Below, piece after piece: positions 49,492 to 61,400 of a stretch of DNA of 64,000 nt. Source of the DNA: Botryllus schlosseri. Taxonomy: Eukaryota. Every line of letters begins with the position of its first letter. Within the stretch, counting starts at the first letter, position 1. A model generated the notes under the pieces. It was not told the origin of the DNA. It made no database searches and saw nothing but the letters and a program-made list of their open reading frames with translations. The position numbers were made by a program, and so were the translations under genes. The stretch is from NCBI GenBank assembly GCA_051294905.1, contig CM119372.1, positions 22,694,001 through 22,758,000 on the forward strand, written 5' to 3'.

Positions 49492-52400
49492 GTAAGGTAT
49501 ATTCGCATCTTTGTTGAATCGAAGTATTTCAAACATTTCCAAATGTAGTGCGATTGAAAATTGTCGGCGGTCAAGATGCGCAAGAAGGGAAATGGCCGTG
49601 GCAGGCAATGATGTTTATCAAGAAAGAGAACAGCCCAGACAAGTTCGATATGTGCGGAGCCACTCTGATCCATCGCCACTGGGTTGTCACAGCAGCGCAT
49701 TGTGTAATGTGAGTTCACATTGAGAGTCAAACCATGTCATGTTAAATTTAACCATGGACGTCGTGGAATATGTGATAATGTGAGTTTACTCAGCATACAC
49801 AAATTGATTTTCAGTAAGAAACTAACTAAGGCTGAGAAGATGTACAATAATCCTAAAGATTCCCATGTAATATAGGCTACCCTTAAAATCAACGTAGAGT
49901 TCAGTATGCAATCCACGAGCTGAAGTATGCTTGTGTACATGTGCGATTGTGCGGGGATTGACATTCGTTTGGAAAGCTTTAATTTTTGACTCGGATATAC
50001 CATTTTTAAGTGATTCAGTCTTCCTACGAGAATCTCAGGAATTCGAAATGAATTTAGCAATGGAAAGGACCTCATTTATTTTGTCCTCGATGTTTTTTGC
50101 AGCATTTTATATACCGACTCATGATATACAGACACAGCACGATCTGTGTATACTGTATATGCATACCACGAGTGTATGATGTGCATATGTCGCTGGGACA
50201 AGGAAGGTACAGATATAACATTTTACGACTTTCTAAGTCTTACACCACACCTACATGCTATCCCATTAATGCATGAGCGCCAAGCGGAGAGTATACGGTT
50301 AATACTTTTCATGTGACAAATACAATTTACTGCCAAGCAGTGTAGCGCTGTAGGCAATCCCGGTCGGATATTAGTAATAGCCTATAGTTAGCTAATCTTA
50401 GTTTGCATACGCCGAGAATTTTCATATGGTGTCCGTATGTAACCATTCGCACCATATAGGCATGGATGGGCCACGACAGGTCTAGCCAGAGTAGGTGTTG
50501 AGTTTTCTGTCGTCACGAATTAGGTACATTTATTCTCCAGCATGGGTTGCACTTTGTCAAATGATCGAAATAGCTGTTAGTCATAATTGGTTTTATAAAA
50601 TCTATCTACGTCCTACACCTTAGGAATATGGCTTGGTAAAATCGAGTACAAGGCCAGAGTTATTCGATTCTGAATCGAGTATAGGGCGTCGAGTCGTGCA
50701 TTCGACTATCACCCTAGCGGAATGAATGATGTGGGACGTTCAAATGTAACTTTTACGCAACCACAAAGAATTCAATGCCAGTTCTTTTCGGCCATACCTG
50801 TTTAATTCCACTTTGTGACTCTGACTTGATCTCGATTTCACAGAAATAGGCCTACCATATCGACTAACGTGTGTAGATTTGTACTACATGTTTCGTATGC
50901 TGCTTTACGAACAATCGAGGTTCCAAGGCCTCTACATTGGAAAATATAGTGTCGAAACTATATTTCTCGTTGATAAATCAACTCTTAGTGCCAAGGAACA
51001 TTGATTTTCGATACTCGAATCCTTAGAATTGATACTCCATTCTCATTCGAGTACTCAAATCAACTCTTACTACTAAGGAACGTATATTTTCAATACTCGA
51101 ATCCTTGGAATTTATCATTGTGTCCTACCTTATTTCGAAACTAATTATCCCCTGACTACCTCCCACGGTGTGCTACGTAGAGTAGGTATAGCGGTCCGAT
51201 TGTCCGTGTCGGACCCGAAATCGTTAGACTGTGTTTTAAGGTTGAAATTTTCCCACGATTCGACCCGGGAAAGCTGATTGGAAAGTTGATTCATTGAGTC
51301 GTGCCGAATTTCCCAAAGTCGAGCCCGAACCCTAAAATTCACTTTTTCCTCGAAATGTAGAATACGTGCAGAATTTACATTTTAGCACACTCAGTGGGTA
51401 TAAACGGGAGCAGAATATAGATATATTGATTGCGCAAAGAATGTCAAACTAAGTGCGCTCCGCTATGAAATGTTCCGAAATAAGAATATAATATGCTTTC
51501 ATTTCCGCATATAATCCGAGAACCTGGTTCATCCGGTCTTTGTTTTCAGTGCGAGCCAACAGCATTATTGTCACTTCACTAATCTCGTCACGTCTATGCA
51601 GTCGTAATATTTGCTTGCTGGGTTGCTTGACCAAATGATCAACCAACTTTCAAACTTATTACATGTATCCTATTTACCCAGTAACTACTCCAAGATGAAA
51701 ATCTACTTCGGTGTTTGGAATGTCAGTTCGCACACGGAAAAGAACAGAATCGTCAGAATCCCGAAAGAAATTCACGTGCATCCATGTTACGACGGTGAGT
51801 CACACAACTGGCACTGTGCGTTCTATATGATTCGGAAATATAGCAATAAGCAAAGTCTGATTTGGTAACGTTGAACTTGAGGAACATAACAACCGCAAGC
51901 CAACGAGTCATGCTCTAGGCTTGCGACTTATTTGGTGTCAGGTGACCGAAGTATAAATGAAGGTGCTAGAGGTGTTTCAATAATTTCGATAAAAGCATGG
52001 CGACGAAATGTTTTGAAGAACGAATTAACTGAATTCACCTTTATACGTAAACACCTGCTGTTATTTTCGGAGTTTCTCTTTGTTCGCGCGGTATAAAAAT
52101 ATAAATAAACTCGTGATAGTCGTCCTCGATTTCGGGCACACGAGCACTCGTACAGCGATATAATTGCGGATGCAAGACGGAAATTATAAAACAAACAAAC
52201 TGTGTAGCAATAAATAAGTCCTCCCTGCACGAAACAGCAAAAAATGGACGAATGAAGAACCTAGCTCGGCTTATTTCTACTTTTGTATCAACCTTAACTC
52301 ATCAAACTTATTTAATTAAAATAGTGGCTACATAGACGAAGTTCTGAGTCTTATTTAAAGCCAATATTTTTATGGGTCGCATTTATCAATACATTTTCAG

Positions 52401-55400
52401 CTCAAACTTGAGTTTATGCGGGTTCGCGACAACTTTCCAATGTAGTTCGTTAAGCAATCTTGCGAGCTGGAATTGCCAGACCAGCGAGACCCGTTGTCAA
52501 GAGCTCGCTAAGTTCGAGTTCTGGTTCTCGAGAAATGACAGCGATGATCCTATTATTGTCTGGCGCGGTGGTTCGTAGATCGTAGTCTTTCAGTTTCCCA
52601 CGTGCAACTTTTAAATCACGCAAAAACATAATTGAGAGATAGAATTCGAAGACATCAGAATGTAGGCATAAATTAATATGGTCTGTCAGCAGCAGGTCAA
52701 TACCGATCTCGCTGAATCTTTAGGAAGCACTGAGCAATGGTCATACTTACGCATACTACGCATTTGAATGAATCCGTATCTCTGGATGCGCACATGAAAT
52801 TCAAAATGTAAGCAAATAATTCCAGATCCGGACGAGTTACGGATTGTAGCTCGAGCACAAACCATGAACAAAATTCGGTTTTTCAATATCTTAAATCTGA
52901 CAGGCACCTTGCACAGAATGATGTATATTGGAAAGATTATTTCAATTACTGCCCGCGAGACGAAATGAATATGACTCATAGTGGCCAAGAGTATTGAAGA
53001 TTCGACTGCCAGCGGATTAGTAGCAGGTTAAATGAAGTGAGCTAATTGTGAATTCGCGATGACAAGTCTTGCGACAAGCGGTAAATATAATTTACTGTCA
53101 TTCAGATGTAGTCTTTATCGCTAACAGCAAAAACGAATTCATTTTGTTTATGTATAGCGGTATTATCGTTACGAAATAGGTCCAGAATGAGAAATCCACT
53201 GCAATATTATTTCAGGAAATTGTTATGTCGTAATAATCACTAATCGTCAGTCAAATTTTCATCTGATCACGACACACACAATGTATAATGCGATAAGACA
53301 CAATGCGATGCAATGAACAGACAGGAGGACGACAAACAATCAGCTGCGGTCTCATAAACTGGCATCCACCTCGATTTATCGTGTCCGATGTTACAGTACT
53401 TTTTCGATATTAATCTCTATTCCGCGGATCTTTCTATATAGCTCTTCCCATTTCTTGTGAGTGCATTATTTCATGGGATATTTTTTCTGTCATTTTTGTC
53501 GCCGTAAGAACAGCGACGCGGGGAAGAGGGGCCCAGATAAACCTCCGACGCGGAATCGAACCCAAGCCGCCCGGGTAGTAGGCGGTCAACGTCATCACTA
53601 CGCTAACTCCGCAGCGTAAATGTCATCTGTGCCTGTTGCAACGCAGATCTGGTGGCATTGACCGATGATAATATTTTTTCGACATTACCTTTACTTATAG
53701 TGCTTCGACCCTCACGGCATTATAGATTGATGCAGACTCGATCAGAGACAAGGATGTAAAAGTGTTTTCACACCATGACGGCAGTGGCGAGATAGCGTAG
53801 TGGTATAATCCACAGCTACAACACCAATGGGCTGAGGGTTCGAGTCCGGCCGATGTCGACTCCAGAATTCCTACCTAAGTGTTGGAGGTTTATCTAGGCC
53901 CCTCCTCGACGCCTCGTCCGTGTAAGCGGTGTCTTACCGAAATCCTAGAAGTGGGCTGTGCTACCAGTCAGCAGTTGCGGAATCAAAAAATAAGGAATAT
54001 CGGCCTGGTGAAAATGACCATTGTAGTCGACAAACACCACGAATACCACAATCTACAACAACACCATGACGGCCAAATGCAGAAATAGGCGAAGGTGTTG
54101 TCCACGCCGGCCGGCCACGTCGACATGTCGTTTTCAGGCTGTTGAAAATCTCATGAAAACGTTACGAACCAACAGTCAAGGATGCATATTCAATTATCTT
54201 TTCAGAATTTTGAAAACTCGCCAGGGGGTAGCAGTTTGATAATATATAATATAATTTAGAATATGGCATCCGAGCAAACAACCGGGTTGGGGTTGGGGTA
54301 AGGTCAGCTTCTGTCGCGGGCAGGATTACTGGTAATGTGAGGTTAGGGATAGGGTGAGCTCTAGTTGTGGTTAGGTTTATGTGAGAATTGTGGGTTTGCC
54401 TGGGTCAGGTTTAGGTGCAACTTTAGGGTTAACTTTGGTTAATCGCTAACACGACCCTGTCAATTAGAATATCTCACTATTGTGAAATCATCTCAGTTAT
54501 GACACTCGCTGTTTTTAACGCGAGCCATAACATACATCTATATATAATATATATGCTATATAGGATATTTTTTATTATCAATCTTATCATCGATCGATCT
54601 ACCTTGACGAATAGTACTTGATAATAATTAGATGCACCGCATATCAATCTAGTCGTCATTTTGCTGCGGTATGGTTCGCCGCCCTCTGTATTTTGTTGTC
54701 ACATTATGAGGAGGATGTCAAAATTACTCCTCGTTCCATTTCAGATGGCCACCCGATTCAAGACGCCGGATCCAACATCGCACTGATAAAACTCAATCAA
54801 CCTGTTGATCGCTTCAGCCCCGCGTGTTTTGATCAACCGCGAAATTGGAGGTATCTATTAAGTGGAAAAACACTCAGCGGATGCGTAGCGACAGGTTACG
54901 GTAAACAAAGTGAGTAACACTCCAATTGGAAATAGAATTACTACGTCATATCTCGACTTCAAGCTGCATAAAATACACAGTTGCTTATATCACAAGTCCC
55001 ATCGAATCTTTAGCTGCGAACGCTGCTTGTGCGCAAGATACACTAACGGAAGCGAAAGCGGATTTTACCAGCCGCGATAATAATAAATAATCGAAGGTTA
55101 ATACTCTATAATTAAAATTCATAGCCATCGTCTTAATCAGCGTCAATACTGCTTGCGACATTTCACGCTAGGTTCCAGTGCACTAATAAGTGGAGTATCA
55201 TTTGTTATTATGAACGTATGTTATTGTAATTGCGAAGTCTGGGCTGACTGTTTTGTTCAATCGCCCTCACGGCATTTCGCCTAAAACTTGGCTCACAGAC
55301 TGCTTACGCTGGACAGAACCGGGCTGGCGTGCATACTCGATATTTTAATTTTGCTTCGAGATTTGTATCCCACCATGCATGACATTGAACATTAAACAGT

Positions 55401-58400
55401 GTTTAACTCCACTCAATTACGTTTTGTAGCCTTTTTACACAAACTCAAGGAAATTCATGTCAACCTAGCCTATACCTGCATCAAAAATGTTTTTTGATGC
55501 TGTGTGATGCGTTGTGGTCTGCATGCCTGTCACTATGACGATCCGAACCTTGTTGTGCACATTGTAAATGCTGTGGTAAACCCACAACGATCAGTAATTT
55601 CATTACACCAGCAGTGTTGACAAAGCAATGCTTCGAGTCGATCATTCAGTCTAAATTTATTATGATATCACTAATTGACTCGAGACTAAATAGATATAGT
55701 ATACTGAAGCCACTGCCAATATCTTCTTACGACTTCTATTTATCCTTGTTACAATGAGACTTTTCAGTTTGTGATCGACCGGTCACAGGTGAGATCTAGC
55801 ATTATAAATCGCACGATATTGATGTGTTAAGATGGGTTTGGTAATGGCAAAATCGTAATATATCTTCGGTAAAACGTTACGTTTTTGGTTGATGTTCTAA
55901 TCACGCAATTATACCTACCATGGATTTTAAGCTGAGCAAATACAAGTCTTCCTGCCAATTAGAATGATTTTAATATTACTACTTCACGTGTAAGTTATTC
56001 ACACTGCAATTCCCGAATAAAAAAATAGTAAAAAAAACGCCACCGATATCTTGGTAACGGTTGGTCCTTCGAAAATATCGGCCTTGGCATAACGAACCGG
56101 ATAGTCTTCGAGTCAATTCCCTCCCTAGCGCACAACATTATGAAACTGAAATGTAAACACGTGTCGATCCTGATTTGTACAATTACCGAAACTTGCGAAC
56201 AATGAAATGAATTCTCCGCACAAACTCGGTTCGTAAACCCTAATTTAACATGATCGCGCATGATTACGGAAACCGACCCCTGCTCAATGTAATCCGTACG
56301 GTGATAGATTCACTAGTGCCTTTTTGCTTACCACAGTCTACGACTTAGCATTAAGTCTACTTTCGTATCCTAATAAGTCATCACTTCCTTGGATTGGACC
56401 TACCACGAGAGTTTAACTGAATTCGTCACCATTAATTATAATCTTCCTTAATCTCTCCTCGTTTATGGATATAATATACATAACGCTTGATCCAGGAGTG
56501 CTTTTCATATGACAAAGTCACAGATTATCATATTACACTGGTCCACTTTCGGAGAGCAAATGTACATTCTACTGATTTAGCCTTTAACATACCTGATGTT
56601 GAAAGTATTCTTACATAAACTCTGAGAAGAGACCCTGCAACTCGTAATCACCGAAGGATTAGTCCAAACTTAACGGTTGATTAATGGGCCTTCGGGCCTG
56701 GATTATGAGTTGGAGATTAATGTATGTCAATCCCTATTGACGCACCCAACCCAAATATACCATGGATACTATCGAAGGGTTGGTTTTCTCCTCACCACCA
56801 ATTGCAACTACTTATCGATGCCGCATTGCGGGATTTCGAGGAAAATTCAACAGAGCGATATTATAGATAATTTTGGATATAGGCTAATAGCTAGTTTCAG
56901 ATCTAAATAGGTCATAGGGGAATATTGCATCAGATCCACCCACAAATTTATGCATCAGTCAGTGTATTATCATTAGTGCTCAAATAGGCAGTATTGTAAC
57001 AGCCGCACCTCAAATCCCCAATTATGAGGAACTCGAAAAGGGTATGAAATTAATTCGTAAATTGACATAAAATGTCGTATTTTCGCGTAGTTAAGTAGAG
57101 CGAGTTAATGTCTCAGGAATTCACGTTCTTCGCAAGATCGCCGCCCCTCAGACCAACAGGCGTTATTTATTAGTATATAGAGATATATATAGGTCATCTT
57201 CATATGGTTATAGGGGGGGGGGGCGAGCTCGGAGGGGGCCCAAAATTATTTCGTGAATTAGCATAAATTATATAGTATTTTTTGAAAATTTATGCAGCAT
57301 TTCAAGTTCGCGATTTCAAGTTACCAAATATTATTGGGTACTCTTCCCCCAAGAAAAAAATAGGCAAGATTTATAGAAATGGGCATATCGGCGTTGGCCA
57401 TTACCGCGCCACGACGCACCACGACATAAAGTTTTAGGCCACGTAACATGCGACTCCATGAAGTGTGCTAAAACGATCGGCAGCGAGAAAACCTTGACCG
57501 AAAAGGACTGCCCTTATGCTAACCGCCGAAAAGGACTGCACCGAAAACTTCGTTATATATATATATACAAAATACATGTAGGTTTGACGTTTGATTGTCC
57601 ATAGGTGCATAAATGACTGGCGCCGAATGTTCCTGTCTTGGTAATCTAAACCCCACAAGACAAATACCATCGCGCAGGGAAAAATTATATGCCAGTGAAG
57701 AAATACCAATTTGAAATCGTGTGCGTCTTTTAGTTCAGTACGTTCGTGCGATTCTTTATTTTTTGGTATAGCAGACTGGAGGTCACAAAATAACATCATG
57801 TAACGAAGTCATACCTACGGCTTCGCCCGCCCGAAGATGTTTAATTATTATTTACGGGCCCTACAGTTTCCAAGACATCTCACGCAGATCTGCTGGTAAA
57901 TCTGATTACGTGAGCAGAGAGGCCAAGAAATTGATAGCAATATATATGCAATTTCCGATCTTTTTGACCGATTTTACCATGAATTATCGAAAATTTTCGC
58001 GCTTCGCGCTTGCTCACTTAGTACAAATATTTTCGTGGCAAAAATGAACAACGTAATGGGGGGTCGGTTTATCACCCTACGGGAGCCCAAGACCAAAGTT
58101 TTTTTTTGGGCCTGACGAAGTGCTGTTTCGTTCCTGCCAACGTGTATGCGCCCGAAGATGTTTATTAATATTGAGGGGTTCTACCTTTTAAAGTATACTC
58201 AGCTCTACCGGTAAATCTGATTACGAGAGCAGAGAGAGGATAAAAATTGATAGCAATATATATGCAATTACCGATCATATTGACTAATGCAATGATGAAT
58301 TATAGAAATTTTTCGCGCTTAGCGCGTTTAGGCAAGAAAAACTTACTCACAAAACGGACACCGAATGTAGATGATAAGTAACGGTAAACAGCGTATAGCA

Positions 58401-61400
58401 TGAGAGGGGTCCGGGGAAGATCAACGTTTTTTTGGGGGGGGGCTTACAAAGTGCTGTTACGGCCCTGCGTAGAATGACATGGGCATTTCCCGATACTCTG
58501 TTAGCGATAGTTAGGTAGAAAAACGAGACTGCTACAAAATAGTGTGGTCTAGGTCAGTGGTTCTCAACCTTTTTCGCCTCGCGGACCGGTAAAATTTCAA
58601 AAAATGTCTGGCGGACCGGTGAACTGTCAAAATTGAAACGAAGCCAAAATGTAAAGTACGCAACCGTTTTTGCCAATTATATGATGCTATAGAGAGTGAC
58701 ATTTGGAGGGTTTTGATCGTATATAATAATATTCATGATGGCATCCATGTGATTTTATGGTAGTGAGTCTGCCAAATCGAGGTAAAATTGTCTTGTCCAG
58801 ATAAACGTGCTACCGCTGAGAGTCGTTTACAGTCTTTCGCGCTAAAGGCCGCGGGTTTAAACGGCCACGCCAACTCAATACCGACCGACAATATCAAGAG
58901 AAGAAGTGTATCGGAGTCGAACCAAGCACCTTGTCGTGCTACCTTGCTCATTGCCCACTGCCACCAGACGCAGGCTACTCCGGCAACAGCGAATACAGTG
59001 CGTGCCGCAATAAAACACATTACAGCAGCTATACCGGCCATCCGCAAATCCGGGCCGAAAAAGCACTTCGTCCGCCCACCCCCAAAAACGTTGATCTTGG
59101 GGCCCCCACAGGGCGATAAGCCAAACTTCCGGGGGCTTCGCCCCAAGACCCTACTCGTGGGTGGATGTTTTCACCTGTACTTGTGATCACATCCATTCTA
59201 CTCACCGTAAGCAGAGAGTTTACGTAGCTTATCGCGACAATGGCGACAATTCGATCATTCACGACTGAAGCGCTTTTCTCGCGGACGAATTTTAGGCCCA
59301 AATTTTGGAGTCCCATATGTTAACCTAAACTTCATTATGTGTGGATACGTCGTGGTGCGGCAATGGATGACGCCGAAATGCCTATAAATCATGCGTATTT
59401 CTCGGAGAAGGGCACCTAAGCAAGACATTTAGGGACACTAAATCGTGCAAAGCCCGAAAACAAATTGAAAAATGTTGGAGAAAGTTTCAAATAAAACGCT
59501 ATGATTTATATTCGTTTGCGAAATAATTTTGGGTCCCTTTCAAGCTCGGCCTCTCTCCAATTGGGCGGTTTGGGGTGCCCCAGTTACGGTCCTGCACAAA
59601 ATAAATGAATCGAAAACCAATGATCAAACTGCGCTGCTTAGCGATGAGTGAGCTCGTATCTGTTCTGTATTTGTCGCTCGCATGTCGTCAAATGAAACGT
59701 CTTGTAGTATAAGTCAAATCGAACATGTTTCTAGCCCTAATGTTACCTCACGAAGTTTTAAATCAGTTTAAAATTAGATGTTTTATTTATTTTATCAAAG
59801 GACAAGCCTACAACACTTCATCTTGAAATTAAAGTATAAAATTTTAATATTCTTCACGGACCGGCAGGAATGTCGTTGCGGACCGGCGGTTGAGAATCAC
59901 TGGTCTAGGGCAGTGGTTCTCCACCGCCGGTCCGTAACGACTGTTCTGCCAGTCCGTCGGATAAGTTGAACTTTTATATCTAAATTGCAAAATGCAAGAT
60001 ATTGAACGCTTGGCTCTTGATAGAAATCAACTGAATGAGCAGGTTATGCGTTTACTATCCCGTCACTGATGCTAAACTTTTCTCAACCTTGTTCGACCCA
60101 TAAAGTCAATCTTTTCCGTAGAAGCACAAGCCATTCTCCACGCTCTAAAATGGATCTGCCAGAATGGCGCAAACCATCGAAGATATCTGATTCTCTCAGA
60201 CAGCATGAGCGTAGTACACGCTATGGCCAACTCTTGCAGTCACAGCGAACGCAGAATGATATATTTGCATTGTGACCTTTCGCTGAATCAAGCGATTCGG
60301 AAAGGCGCCATCGCTATCCTCGCTTGGGTACCGGGAAACGCTGATATCGGTGGTAACGAGTTGGCCGACAAATTGACGTGTCAATCTTCCAGGACCGAGA
60401 GCGAAAATTCCCCTCCTCAGAAATTTCCAGACGAAATTAGCCATACTGAGGCGTATAAGAGAGCGAAATTTCATGCTGGTGACGCCATATTTTGTGATAC
60501 GGTTTTTGATATACAATGTTCTTTCCAATTCTCTACTATTCTGACAAGTGTCAGCCGAAAATATTCTGGTTCATTTCAATATGAATATACTATTCAATTG
60601 TATATTAAAGTTCTGTACCTCCAAGAAGCTCTTCAAATATTTAATTACGAACAAAACCCTCAGAATGTCACTCTTTAGTACCATATACTTTCTAAAGACG
60701 GTTGAATACTCATTCATTTAGGATTTAATTCAATATTTGAAGGTTCCCCGGTCCGCGAAATATTTTGTTGAAATTTTACCGGTCCGTGTGGTGAAAAAGG
60801 TTGAGAACCACTGGTCTTGGGAGTAGTCCTCGTACGATGACTTTACATAATAGTTAGTTTTCTGTGGATTCTCTATGTCTTCAGTAATAATTATTGCATG
60901 ATAATCTCTGAAAATAATTAGGGGGGCTCGACACCAGTAAACTATTCAAGCAAAGTAAACCAGTAAACTGTTCAACGAGCAATATAATATACAATAAGAA
61001 AATACACCTAAGATCATAACCTTTCCTCCAATGTCGTTGCATTCCAATTTTTCACATTAAAGAGCCCATAGCAAGTACGTAGACCTCCACAGTGATCCAC
61101 AAAATTGTCAAATTCATATTCTTAAGGCTGCGCTTGACTTGATGACTAACGAACTAACATGGTGAAACATTGTACATTGCTACGATGATATTATTTGGTA
61201 TTTAATGGCTAGCCTTGTCCGGTTTGTCGTGGGCTAAATAGAATATCTGTCCTGCGATCCCTGGTCATACCACCATTTTGTTTTCGCTCTTTGACCTTGC
61301 GCTAATACGGAACAACTCATCCACAGGTTCCGGTAAAAGGGCAAGGATACTACAAGAGGTGTTTTTCTCCCATACCTCGACCACTGCGTGTCGTTCCTAC

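Noticed and set aside
58733..59316. Overlapping 60-137 aa ORFs
   Set aside because: GC-rich interior of a non-autonomous element; no recognisable motifs.
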